A stretch of 55,638 bases of DNA from an uncultured Nitrospinota bacterium (GTDB lineage Bacteria; Tectomicrobia; Entotheonellia; J063; CAVPRW01): assembly GCA_963707985.1 (NCBI GenBank), contig CAVPRW010000044.1, forward strand, positions 1-55,638. The letters are read 5' to 3'. A program made the translations under genes and the position numbers. Positions 1 through 11,404 of this stretch are shown here, in pieces (the first letter of the stretch is position 1; every line of letters starts with the position of its first letter). The notes beneath the pieces are model-generated. The model saw only the letters and a list, made by a program, of their open reading frames with translations. It was not told the DNA's origin and made no database searches.

Positions 1-473
1 CCCAGTCGGCGGATGATGTCCTGTCCGAAGGCCCTGAGGCGAACGGCCTTGACCGCCAGTTCCGGATTGGCCTGGATCAGCCCAGCCACATTACGGATGG
101 CGGGCTCAGCGTCGAACCCCAACAACAGGTCGGGTCCAGCCAGCTCAAAGAAGTGCATCGAGTGGGACTGGATGAACTGTCCCATGTGCATCAACTCTCG
201 CAGCAAGCGGGCAGTCCGCGGCGGTTGAGCCCCCACCACGCGGTCGCAGGCCTTGGCGGCTGCCAGGTGATGGCTGACCGGGCAAATGCCGCAGATGCGT
301 GGGGTAATCTGTGGCATTTCGAAATGCGGTCTTCCTTCACAAAACTTCTCAAATCCCCGCCACTCATTGACGTGAAGACAGGCTCTATCGACGCCGCCTT
401 GATCGTTCATGTGAATGGTCACCTTGGCGTGACCCTCAATGCGAGTTACCGGTTCTATGGTTATTTTTTGCAT
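1..473 (-). CDS. hoxH: [NiFe]-hydrogenase large subunit, group 3 (HoxH/HydL-like), runs off the window edge
   Basis: Manual translation from the ATG at 473: [20 protein letters not shown]...[39 protein letters not shown] (L1 RxCGxC Ni-binding motif). GAGAGG RBS upstream. Missing from the ORF track because it is partial. Confidence 0.95.
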   Translation of the reverse strand, partial: MQKITIEPVTRIEGHAKVTIHMNDQGGVDRACLHVNEWRGFEKFCEGRPHFEMPQITPRICGICPVSHHLAAAKACDRVVGAQPPRTARLLRELMHMGQFIQSHSMHFFELAGPDLLLGFDAEPAIRNVAGLIQANPELAVKAVRLRAFGQDIIRRL

Positions 474-524
474 GAGTGAAATCCTCTCTGGTAGTCAATT
501 CGTCCAGCCGCTCGATCTCCGCTC

Positions 525-1064
525 TCAGTCGTATTTCAGATTCTCTCCCGTCAAAACCGGGATCCGGCCTTCGGCCAGCTCTTTGAGAGCATAGTAGATG
601 GCGTCAGCTGGAGGCGGACAGCCCGGAATGGACACATCCACCTTCACCACCTGGTCGACAGATCGTGCCCGAATGGGTTTCCCTAGTTCTTCAGAACCTG
701 GGATCTTGCCGTTGACTGTGCTTTCTGTCTCCACATAGGCCCGCTTCAGGGCATCTTCCATATCGAAAAAATTCCTCATGGTGACTACTCCTCCAAAGAC
801 GGCACAATTTCCCAGAGCCACCAAACACTTGCAGCGCTTCCGCATCATTCTGGCGACAGCCCGGTTGGTCGTGCTGTTGATCGCGCCACTCAACACGCCG
901 ACGTCCACACCTTCAGCCGGGGGATGTTTGAGGTCGGTAATGGGAGAGGAAGTCAGTTCGATCTTCCCCAGCAGTTCAACAATCCTTTCATCCATATCCA
1001 GCAGAGACATATGACATCCTGAACAATCGGCCAGCCAGTCTGTCGCAACCTTGGGTTTTGTCAT
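525..1064 (-). CDS. hoxY: [NiFe]-hydrogenase small subunit (HoxY/HydS-like)
   Basis: KPKVATDWLADCSGCHMS...GNCAVFGG...IPGCPP; 179 aa single-cluster small subunit next to the large subunit gene. Confidence 0.93.
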   Translation of the reverse strand: MTKPKVATDWLADCSGCHMSLLDMDERIVELLGKIELTSSPITDLKHPPAEGVDVGVLSGAINSTTNRAVARMMRKRCKCLVALGNCAVFGGVVTMRNFFDMEDALKRAYVETESTVNGKIPGSEELGKPIRARSVDQVVKVDVSIPGCPPPADAIYYALKELAEGRIPVLTGENLKYD

Positions 1065-1139
1065 AAATATCGCTCCTCGAGAAAACCGCCCCGCAGGGCG
1101 ATGTTGTCTAGCCCACCACCTTCGTCGTGGGAGCCGTGA

Positions 1140-2863
1140 TTAGAGTCTTGCTCCCAATTGGACCAACACGTCCTGTTCCGAAATCATACCCGCCGGCATG
1201 GGCACCGCCGGCGTCACAGTCAACTGACGGCCTTCCAGATTGCTGAAAGTCCCCTCACGTTCATACCAGATCGGCGCCGGCAGGACCACATCGGCAGCGG
1301 CTGTCAGGGCTCCTTGATAGCAGGCATGCACCACCAGGAATTCGGCTTCCCGAAGAGCAGGGACCGATTTCTTCTGACAGACTCTTTATCCTCCAGCAGG
1401 AGGTAGAGCACCTTGCCCTTGACCGGCAGTAGACCCGTCGCCCAACCCGAGCGCCTTGGCTCGGTTTCCGTTCGCAGCTGGAAACAGCGGAATGAAGCGT
1501 GCTTTCCCTTTCAGCCCAGCCAAGCATTGGACTTCGACTTCACTCGTTTCGTTACCGTAAACCACCACGAGGCTCTGGACATCCTGCACAGACGCTACAG
1601 CCTCTTTCAGAGTGCGCCAGGTCAAACTTCTGGTGGGCAATTGCGGCCATCCGGTTTTCTTTGCTGGTCACTACCACCACCTTCTTTCCGTTGAACCGGG
1701 CGCGCTTGATGCGAACTCCGGCTACCGGGTGATCCGTCAGCGGGTCGCCGCCAACCACGAGGATGCAGTCAGCGGTGTCCAGATCTACTCAAAAGCGCCG
1801 TCCGAAGGCAGGTGTTCGGCTGCTGCCAGCGGTTCAAGCATGCCGGTGATCCCGCCGAGCTTTCCTTCGAAACAGATTCACAAACGCATCCAGAGTCTCT
1901 CCCAGGGCTTTGCCGGTTGTGTACGCTTTGATGTAGTTGGCACCGGCCTCTTGAATTCGGTTGGCAATGAGGTCCAAGGCCACCTCCCAACTCGCCGGCG
2001 ATTAGCCCGTCTTTGCCACGGACCATGGGAGAATCGATTCGTTGCCGGGTATCATAAAAAGGATCAAATCGACCTGAAACACACAGGACCCCGCCATTGG
2101 AGCCTTCCCAATCGCCTTCGACTCGCATAACGTGGCCGGAACGGGTGACGATCTCGGTGCTGCATCCCACACTGCAGAAGGTGCAGGTACTCTTCACCCG
2201 CTCCACCTGGAGATTCCGGCCCATGTAGGCACTCTTGCGATCAACCAGGGCCCCTGTCGGGCACACCTGCAAGCAGGTGCCGCAGGAGATACAGGTCGAT
2301 TCTCCAAAGGGCACATCCATGTCGGCACAGACCATGGTGTTCGATCCGCGGAATTTCAGCCCCAGTGTGTGGTTACCCACCAGGTCACGGCAGGCCCGGA
2401 TGCAGCGCCGGCAGAGGATGCATCGGTTGTGATCCATGAGAAAATATTTTCGGGTGCCATCCACAGGGTACTTCGGATGCAGCGTGGGGTACTCAAATCG
2501 GTCCATACCGTAACGGTAGGCCAGTGACTGCAGTTCGCAATCGCCACTCATTTCGCAGTACATGCAGTAGTGATTTCGCTCTGAAAACAGCATCTGCAGG
2601 ACGAACTTCCTCATCTCGACCACTCGTGGAGACTCGGTTTCGACCGCGATGCCTTCCGTGGCGGGATAGGTGCAGGCTGGCTGCAACACCGGCGCCTTGG
2701 CAATCTCCACCAGGCAGACCCGGCATCCGCCAAGGTTCTCCAGGCAGGGATGGTAGCAAAGAGACGGGATATCGATCTGGTTCTCCCGGGCAACCTCCAG
2801 GATCGTCTGACCCGGACCGGCCTGCAAAGGACGCCCGTTAATCGTAAGATTTATCATGGCCAT
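1140..2863 (-). CDS. HydA/NuoG-like Fe-S subunit without an H-cluster; frameshifted in this sequence
   Basis: 2Fe-2S CYHP..GGCRVC..PAC; HYCMYCEMSGDC; CILCRRCIRAC; CISCGTCLQVCP; CTFCSVGC..LC. A molybdopterin-fold remnant continues in ORF pieces 1552-1758, 1386-1640 and 1140-1334 (ADVVLPAPIWYEREGTFSNLEGR). Confidence 0.85.
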
Positions 2864-2919
2864 TGGACTCCTTGACTCCTTTCTTTAGAGTGCTCCGCTA
2901 TCCGCCGACCGGAACATAG

Positions 2920-5900
2920 TTAGATGTCTTCGTACTCTTCTTCAGTCTCGCTTTGCAGCTTATAGTTTCCAAGCCACTCCAGATCGCAGCGCAGACAGCG
3001 CTTGCATTCTTCGCGAGCCGTGTTCTCGTCCAGACCCCAGCTCCACCTCGGCAATGCTCCGCAGACGAACTTCCACTGGCAATTCGGGCATCACCGCCCG
3101 CTTGGCATCGGCATACTTTTCGGCGTTGAAGAGCTGCGGGATTTCGTGGTAGCCCGAGATAAAGCGCGGAGTGACCACTGTATGCCCCTTCAGGTAGGCG
3201 TCTACAGCCACCGCCACCTTGTTGCCCTGGGCGACGGCCGTGACCACCGTTGCCGGCCCCAGGACGGCGTCTCCGGCTGCGAATACTCCGGGACAGGAGG
3301 AGGCCAGGTCCTCACTCACGGTGACTGTGCCATCTTGATTGACGCTGACACCGTGACTTCCGCTCAAACACTCCACATCCGGCGCTTCGCCGATGGCCAG
3401 GATCAAAACGTCAATGTCGAGGACAAACTCGGAACCTTTAATGGGAACCGGGCGCCGCCTGGCGCTGCGGTCAAAATCACCCAATCGCTGGGCCTGGCAC
3501 TCAATCCCGGTCACGTGGTCAGTCCCCAGCACGCGCATGGGATTGGTCAGGAAGTGGAATTGGATTCCTTCCACTGCGGCAGCGTGCACTTCATCACCCC
3601 AGGCTGGCATGTCTTCGCGTGTCCGGCGATAGATCAAGTGGACCTTGGAGGCCCCGAATCGCCAGGCCATGCGGGCCGCGTCAATGGCGACTGCTCCGCC
3701 ACCCACCACGCCTACCCGCTTGCCTCCGAAATTGGGAGGGTGTGCCCAGAGCCACGTCCTTCAGAAAACCGGTCCCGTGCAGCACTCCGGGCAAATCTTC
3801 ACCCGGAATGCCCATACGATGACTCTTGTGAGCTCCGATCGCCAGGACCACGGCGCTGAAGCCTTGCTTGTCGAGCAGTTCATCCACGGTGAAGTCTTTG
3901 CCCAGATGCCACATTGGTTTTCAATTCGACCCCGGCCCGAAGGATGTTCTCGATTTCCACCCGCAGGATATCCCGGGGCAGACGATACTCGGGAATCCCG
4001 ACGGCCATCATTCCACCGGCCACCGGAAGTTTTTCAAAGACGGTCACTGGATAACCCAGCTGGGCCAATCGCAAGGCGGCCGTCAGACCGGCAGGGCCGG
4101 CGCCGATGATGGCGACTTTCTGACTCTTGAGACCTTCCACTCGAGGAGGCGTCCAGGGATGATGCCGCTCGTGATCCGCCATGAACCGCTTCACGTGCCG
4201 GACGGCCAGCGGTTCTCCGATGTCGGCCCGGCGGCACTTCTCTTCGCAGAAGGCCGGACAGACCCGGCCGCAAATCATGGCAAAGGGATTCTGCTTGCGA
4301 TGTATCTCCAGCGCTTCGGCATACCGTCTCTGAGCAATCAAGGCGACAAAGGCCGGCACATCCACTTCTGCCGGGCAGGCATTGATGCAACGGGCCCGGG
4401 TCAACACCTTGCAGCCTCCCGTCGGGCAGCGGTGCTCCAGAATGTGCGTGCGGAATTCCTCCTCGAAGTACCGCAGGGCCGAGAGCACCGGACCGGGCGT
4501 CAATTGTCCCAGTCCGCACAGATGCACCGTCTTGCATGCCCTTGCCGATCTTGCGCAACGTATCCAGATCCTCCAGCTTGCCCCGTCCTTCCGAGATCCG
4601 GGTCAGCACTTCCAGCATGCGCTTCCCGCCAACCCGGCAAGGAACGCACTTGCCGCAGGACTCGGCCTGGGCAAAGGTCAGGAAGAACTTGGAGAATTCC
4701 ACCATGCAGGTGTCTTCATCCACCACGATCATTCCGCCGGAACCCATGATGGCGCCGGCCGCCCGAAGAGAGTCGAAGTCCACCTGCACGTTCAAGAGAT
4801 CGGCGGGCAGACAGCCGCCCAGCGGGCCGCCGGTCTGCACGGCCTTGAACTTCTTGCCATTGGGAATCCCGCCTCCAATATCGAAAGATCAGTTCCCCAA
4901 GCGTCGTGCCCATGGGCATTTCGACCAGTCCGGTGTTCTTGATCTTTCCGGTCAAGGCAAAGATGGCCGTGCCCGGGCTGTTCTTGGTGCCGATTTGACG
5001 GAACCAATCAGCCCCCTTCGAAATGATCTGGGGGACATTGGCCAGCGTCTTGACGTTGTTGACGTTGCTGGGCTTGCCCCACAGACCGGAAACCGCTGTA
5101 TAGGGCGGCTTGGGCCGCGGTTCTCCGCGCCGTCCTTCGATGGAAGCGATCAGTGCTGTTTCTTCGCCGCAGACAAAAGCCCCGGCGCCTTCCTTCAAGT
5201 GAATTTGGAATGAGAAATTGGTACCCAGGATGTTCTCCCCGAGCAATCCGTAGGCGTTTGCCTGATCGATGGCGATTTTCAACCGCTGAATCGCCTGCGG
5301 GTACTCGGCCCGGCAATAGACGTACCCTTCCTGGGCGCCGATCGCATAACCGCAGATCAGCATGCCCTCCAGCACGCTGTGCGGGTCACCTTCCAGAATC
5401 GACCGGTCCATGAACGCGCCAGGGTCCCCTTCGTCGGCGTTGCAGATGACATACTTGATGGGACCGGGGGCATTGGCGGCAAACTCCCATTTCACGCCGG
5501 CCGGAAATCCGCCGCCGCCGGCGCCGCGCAGACCCAGCCCGTTTGACTTCATCGATCACCTGTCGGGGCGTCATCTCTGTCAAAGCCTTGGCTAGAGCGG
5601 TGTAGCCGTCCTGCGCGATATACTCATCGATTCGTTCCGGATCGATCATGCCGCAGTTGCGCAGGGCATGGTGGGTCTGCTTGTTGTAAAAAGGAATATC
5701 CTTGTAATGAGGAAGGGCCTTCTGATTTGCAGGCTCCTTGTAGATCAGCCGTTCGACCACTCGACCCTTGATCAGAGTCTCTTCGACGATCAGCGGCACA
5801 TCGCCGGCCGTTACCTGGCAATAAAAGATGCCCTCCGGATAAATGGTCATGATGGGGCCGATGGCACAAAAGCCGCGGCAACCGCTTTGAATGACGTTGA

Positions 5901-6027
5901 CTTCCTTCTGCAAACCCCGCCGCTGGATCTCCGCTTCAAGGGCTTTGATGACTTCCTGCGAGCCCGACGCAGCGCAACCTGCCACGCCACACACCAGAAT
6001 ATTGGCCCGGTAGAATTGCTCCGCCAT
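2920..6027 (-). CDS. HydB/NuoF-like FMN/NADH subunit fused to a GltD/NfnB-type FAD-NADPH oxidoreductase module; several frameshifts
   Basis: Pieces in order: thioredoxin-like 2Fe-2S (CGVAGC..GCRGFC); ICNADEGDPGAFMDRS; GAGAFVCGEETAL; ESCGKCVPCRVG..CGLG; HILEHRCPTGGC; CINACP..ICGRVCPAFCEEKC; VAIIGAGPAGLTAA; VGGGAVAIDAAR..YRRTREDMPA; ECKRCLRCD. Stop TAA at 2920-2922. Confidence 0.88.
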
Positions 6028-6102
6028 GATAGGTTCCTCCTCGAGTAATATTGGATCTTCATCTCCCGGCTCATGCCCGGACGACCAAGGATGGCTCTTC
6101 AG

Positions 6103-6487
6103 CTACATCACTCCTTCGGCACCCAAGCGGCCAATCACCCACTCCTGCACAATCTGACCCGCGAATCAAATGCTCCTCAATCAGGCGCGGAACCATGTCG
6201 ACCTTGATGTTCCCGTAGGTCACACGAGTCAGGCCGGCCTGTTCAATATCCACCAGCGGTTCCTTGACACACATCCCGATGCAGGAAGTGGTTTCGACGT
6301 TGGCTTCGATCTTTCTCTGTTCCAGTTCCTTCAGGATGGCCTGCATCACTTCCCTGGCCCCGGCGGCGATGCCGCAGGTTCCCATGCCGACGATGATCCG
6401 CGTGCTGGTCTGGGTGCGCACTTGAAAAGCTCGTTGTGCATCTTCTCTCAGCTTCTTCAACTCCTCTACATTTTTCAGCTTAAGCAT
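6103..6487 (-). CDS. Thioredoxin-like [2Fe-2S] ferredoxin subunit (HydD/HndB-like)
   Basis: IIVGMGTCGIAAGAREV...TTSCIGMCVKEPLV...VTYG; frameshift near the 3' end. Confidence 0.85.
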
Positions 6488-6578
6488 TTGACTGCCTCCC
6501 TGCTCGGATTCGAATTCAAGACGATCCCTTGAGAAACCTCAAGCCGGGTGCCATTGCAGACTAACGGCCAGTTGCCTT

Positions 6579-7142
6579 TCAGCCCGTCTTGCTCTTGAGG
6601 ATCCGCAGACTCCGTTCCCCTTCTTTCAAAACCTCTAAGTATCCATGCAGCCACAGCCGGTGAAGAAAGAGGAACCTCTCCCAATTCCCTTCCGCACCTC
6701 AGCACTATCAAAGCGGAACTGTTGGTTGCCCACTTGATGCAAATAATCCACATCCACCCGCGTCCTTCGCGAGCAGAACAGACAACAAAGCTGCGGGCAT
6801 ATCACCCAGAGGTGCCCTGTCCCAGTGGCTGAGGCGGAAGCTGGCTTGCAGCCGGGTGCCTTTGCCCGGAGCACTCTCAATATGAAGATCGCCTTCACAT
6901 CGACGGGCAGCTGCAGCAAACAAAGGCAGTCCCAATCCCACATGCCGGGTGGTGCGTGAGGTCACAAACGGGTCCAGGACTTTGTTGGCAAAGTCCTGTT
7001 CCATCCCGCGGCCGTTATCCATGAGTTCAATCACCATCCAATCTTTCTCCACATCCTCTACAATGCTGAGATGCACGCGGGTAGCCCCCGCTTCCACCGC
7101 GTTCTGCATGGCATCCAGGACATGCAACGACAACTCCAGCAC
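6579..7142 (-). CDS. HATPase_c (histidine-kinase-like ATPase) protein of hyd operons; frameshifted
   Basis: ELSLHVLDAMQNAVEAGA (N box), DNGRGM (G1), FVTSRTTRHVGLGLPL (F/G2), SHWDRAPLGD; the C-terminus continues in shifted frames to a TGA at 6579. Confidence 0.8.
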
Positions 7143-7144
7143 GG

Positions 7145-7708
7145 CTACTTCAATCCCTTGAGTGTCAGAACAAAATCACTGGGGGCCAGCCTGCCATAGA
7201 ACTTGTCGTTGATGACCGCCACCGGAGCGAGTCCGCAGGACCCCAAGCAGTAAACGACTTCGTAGGTGTACTTGTACCCTGGCGTGGTCTCTCCGACTTT
7301 GACGCCCAGCTCGCGTTCAACCGCATCCATGATCTTGGAAGCACCGCGGATGTGGCAGGCTGTTCCGTCGCATTGCCTCACCACATACTTACCTCGCCGT
7401 TCCAGATAGAATTGCGCATAGAAGGTGACAACTCCATAGACTTCATTCAGCGGGGTGCACGTCCGCTCGGCAATGTGCTTCAACACCTTGCAGGGCAAGT
7501 AGCCAAACAGCTCCTGGGCTCGCTGCAGGATGGGAATCAGCGCGCCGCGAGCCCCGGAGTATTGATCATGTTCCCCCGCGATAGCGATGCTTGCGCGAGT
7601 ATGGCTGACCCGGTCGAGGACCAGGTTCACTTCATGCCTACGGCCGATGAAGTCACTGCGTAACACCGGGCCCTCAAAAATAAAGGGATTACGAACAGGT
7701 GACTTCAT
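7145..7708 (-). CDS. HydC/NuoE-like [2Fe-2S] subunit with a foreign N-terminal segment
   Basis: LIPILQRAQELFGYLP..VYGVVTFYAQF..CDGTACH..CLGSCGLAPV. The first ~46 aa resemble the start of an AAA/STAND ATPase. Confidence 0.88.
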   Translation of the reverse strand: MKSPVRNPFIFEGPVLRSDFIGRRHEVNLVLDRVSHTRASIAIAGEHDQYSGARGALIPILQRAQELFGYLPCKVLKHIAERTCTPLNEVYGVVTFYAQFYLERRGKYVVRQCDGTACHIRGASKIMDAVERELGVKVGETTPGYKYTYEVVYCLGSCGLAPVAVINDKFYGRLAPSDFVLTLKGLK

Positions 7709-8027
7709 ACCTACGCCCTCCAGTTCTCCAACCCACTATGCTTACGTGTGTAGTAGGCGCGTACGCATCCCTGTACGAATTGCCTGTAGGTCTATGCGAC
7801 AACGAATAGCGTTCCGACACCCCGGCTTGGCGGCCAGGGAAAACCCACACGGACGTCACCCGACTCGGTTGCACAGGCCCTGGGTTTGATCGCACTATGT
7901 ATGGTGACGCCCCACAGGAGCCTTTCCCGTCGGGTATCAGCGGTGCCGGGCCGCGCCAGGCGTTGTGGGTACCTGAACGCATCAACTACGGCAGCAATCT
8001 CTTATGCTCAAGTCTAACCCTATTTCA

Positions 8028-10819
8028 CTACTTCGAGACATCCCTTGCCTTACGCATCTTCTGCAAGGAAGACTCAGCGGCTGACCGAACAGAGGAATCA
8101 TCGTCCTTAAGTAGCGGTTCCACCTGGGGGGCGAACTTCGCCCCTTCTGGGCCCATCTTGCCCAAGGCGTTCACGGCCCAGGCACGTACGAACGAAACGC
8201 TATCCTTGAGCACCGCCGCCACCTGGGGGGCGAACTTCGCCCCTTCTGGGCCCATCTACCCAGGGCCTCCGCAGCCTTGGCACGTACCGAGGAATCGCTA
8301 TCCTTGAGCATCGCCGCCACCTGGGAGAACTTCGCCCCTTCTGTGCCCATCTCACCCAGGGCCTCCGCAGCCTTGGCACGTACCGAGGAATCGCTATGCT
8401 TTAGACGCTCTACGGGAGTCTGATGAGTTATGTACAGCAGGAAGGCCACCAGTAAGAACAGCAACAGACTAGAGCCAATCCAGATATACTTGGATCTTGA
8501 CTTTTTCTTGTCCGACGTTCCTTTTTCTGCTTCGGTCGTTGTTTCCCGATCCTTGACATTGGATATTGGCGCTGGTTTCAAGACATCCCGTTGCTTGTGC
8601 GCATAGGCATATTCCTGCGAGAAATTTGAGAACTGACTGGACAGAATGCTCGTATCAACACTTTCCCAGATACTGAGCGCCGTACCCCAGTCCTTCGCCG
8701 CGAATGCGTGCTTTCCACGTGCGTAGGCGGACTTCATTATGCCGATCTGATCCTGTTTACGTACATCGACGAGCAGTCTGGCAATATCGCGCCCCCGCCA
8801 CTCTAGGCAATCGAGTTTGATCAGATCGATGCAGCTCTGTTGCGCCGTCGCCCAGTCTTCGCTGACCTGGCTTGCTAAGGCACGGTCGAGCAGCCGGTCG
8901 ATCTCGACTTCCCTGGCCTTGCACGCTTCTACAGCTTCCAGCCGACTACGAAGACTGGTGTCGTTCGGGGCCGCGTCGGCGGCCCGCTGGAAAGCCTCTA
9001 GCGCTTCACTGAGACGATTCTGCTTGAGGAACTCTTCCCCTAGCCGCGTCAAAGTCCGCATGATAACTTCAGCAGTGGCCCTATCCTCGCCCAGCATGTC
9101 CTGCAAACCAGCAATGGTCGCCAGCGCCTCCGCGAAAGCGCTTGAGGCCAGTTGCCGTTCTGCGTACGCTTCCATCTCCCGGTGTACCCGCTCGACGGTC
9201 TCCCGTTCAGGGGCGCGGCTCAAGGCTAGACGGTATTCTTCTTGGGCGGTAGCGAATGCACCACTTGCCAGGGCCATATCACCTCTAGCAAGAAAAACAC
9301 TCGCCACAGCGCGGCGCGATTCCTCGTTGCCGGGCGAAAGCGCCAGGGCGGCTTCGAAATCGGACAACGCTTGCGCTTCGCGTCCCTCCTTACGGTGCAG
9401 GCCACCCCGCTCAAGCAAAGCCCGAACCCAACCATCGCGGGCACTCATCTCATCAATCTGATAGGCCTTGCCAAAATCCTCGATTGCCGCGTCCAGGTCG
9501 CCCATTTCGTATTCGACTTGGGCCAATCCGAGTTGGGCACCGCTATGGTTCGGATTGACCTGAAGCGCGCGTCGGTATTCCTCGCGAGCATAGGCCAGCT
9601 CGTCTTGTGCATGAGCCTCACGCGCATTTTCAAACAAACGTACGGCCCGCCGGCTGATATAATCCACATCGCGGCGCACGCTATCCAAAGGGTGTTGCTT
9701 ACAGATCCAGATCCTGACCAATTCCACCATGAACCGGTAATCATTGGGGCCGTGACGTTCCAGGATTTCCCATTCCACCAAGCGGTCAGGGGCGTCCTTG
9801 AGTTCAAGTCCAGTGAGAATGATCCGGTAGCGCTCCAGAATCTGGCGGATGTCATCATGGGAGGCAACCCCGAGCTCATTCGCGACATGAGCAATGGCGG
9901 CCATGATGAAGCGTTCGGCGCGGGGCAAACCATCCCAAAACCAGTTGAGCGCCCCGTGGCCGCTTTCCAATGCGGAGTCGATGCAGGCATGGACCTGCTC
10001 CACCGTGACCAGACGGGCATTCGTCACCTTGGCATGGTTAAAGACTTCGAAGCACATCAACTGGGTGAGATAGGGATGCCGGGCTGTTAAAGCTAGGATC
10101 GCCTCAATGGCGACATCGGCGTAATCGAGCACGCCGGACGTCGGCTGTGTGATGAGCTCGCGGGCCTCTGTGGGTGTCAGCAAACCGATGCGCTGGTACT
10201 TGGCCTGTTTGAAGATCGAATGAAAGCTAGTCGTCAATTCCTCGATTCGACGGCCCACGACAAAGATGAACGCCAATTGGCGTTCATGGAGAATGAGTTC
10301 CTGGAGATACGGAAAAAGTGTCAAGGACGCGGCATCTGGGCTGGCCTGCTGGTCATCGCTTAACACATCAAACTCGTCGAAGAGCAGCAACAGCCGGCGT
10401 TCACCGAGATGGTTGGCCACTGTCGGCAGGAACGTCTCCCTGAAGAACTGCGACGCACCATCGTTACTCTCAGGGAATGTTTGGGCCATGCCAACGGCAC
10501 GCGCCACAGTACGGGTCAGCAGACGCAGCACCTCGCTGAGCGTGAGGCGTTCCTTCCCTTGTAAATCGAAGTACACCGGCACCAAGCGATTGGTGATGCG
10601 AACCCGTCGAGCGATTTGGTTTAATAAGGAGGTTTTTCCTATCCGGCGTTGGCCAAAAAGCACGATGACGTTCAGTTGCTCGGCATCTAAGGCGTCTTCC
10701 ACCGCAGCGAAGGTTTCACCACGTCCGTAGAAGCCGGAATCGCCCGTCAACGGTACGCCAATGACATAGGGATTCGGTGGAAAGACTGCATGGTTTTTGC
10801 TCAAGTTCGTGTCATTCAC
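8028..10819 (-). CDS. STAND-like AAA ATPase + TPR repeats + transmembrane helix + HEAT (PBS-lyase-like) repeats; frameshift near 8257
   Basis: NPYVIG..FYGR; Walker A GQRRIGKTS; Walker B LLLLFDEFD; HPYLTQL; TPR motifs (ALQVNPNH, ALALSPGN, AAPND); KKKSRSK followed by YIWIGSSLLLFLLVAFLLYIT; repeats SSVRAKAAEALGEMG continuing in ORF 8028-8255. Confidence 0.85.
8090..8400 (-). repeat. Coding tandem repeats (~96-99 bp period) encoding HEAT units
   Basis: CACCTGGG..GAACTTCGCCCCTTCTG.GCCCATCT recurs near 8121, 8220 and 8318; GGCACGTAC..A.GAA.CGCTAT recurs near 8181, 8279 and 8375. Confidence 0.85.
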
Positions 10820-11404
10820 GTGCGAACCCTAAAAATCTAATACGGGCTGCCATCATGCACACAAAAAGGCACAACGTCGGCGACGGGAGAGCCAATCTAC
10901 GGAGACGAAAGGAATGCGAGACTATCTTACAAAGAGGAGATAGAAAAGTCAAACGGCTTTTTCGACTACCGGCGTGCGCCCCCGTGCCACCAGCCATCTT
11001 CCCACTGGGGTGCGCGCCTGGGCCTGCCAGTTCCTACTCGCGTACTCCTGCTGCTCGTAACGCTGGGGAACTGCCACGAGGACGGTCGCCAGCGCGGTGC
11101 TGGTAGCCGTGCACAGGCGCTCGGGGTGCCGGTGCCACTCCTTCTCGGTGATGGGACCGCCCTTGGCGTGGGACAGGGCGCGCAATCGGGGGGCAATCGC
11201 CTCACGCGTGGGCGGGGGATGCGCCATGACGGAGGTCTCCTTGATCAGTCTTTGTGACAACATGAGACACGAGAAGAAATTCTGCCTAGTAGACTGACTT
11301 ATATAGCTGCTGGCAGGAGTTATACAAAAATTTTCTGGCTGTTGGTTTGTGTTCAACCATCCCACTGCCCGCCATAATCTCCCACAACGGCAGAGGAGAG
11401 GGCC

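Noticed and set aside
1140..2863. [FeFe]-hydrogenase or formate dehydrogenase catalytic subunit
   Set aside because: No H-cluster motifs (TSCCP, MPC, EXMXCXXGC) are seen, and the molybdopterin-fold part is too short for a catalytic FdhA.
8090..8400. CRISPR-like spaced repeats
   Set aside because: The repeats are in-frame HEAT coding units with similar intervening sequence, and no cas genes are seen.
10949..11228. Small minus-strand ORF divergent from the XRE gene
   Set aside because: It has an RBS-like sequence but no family I can support; likely a truncated remnant.
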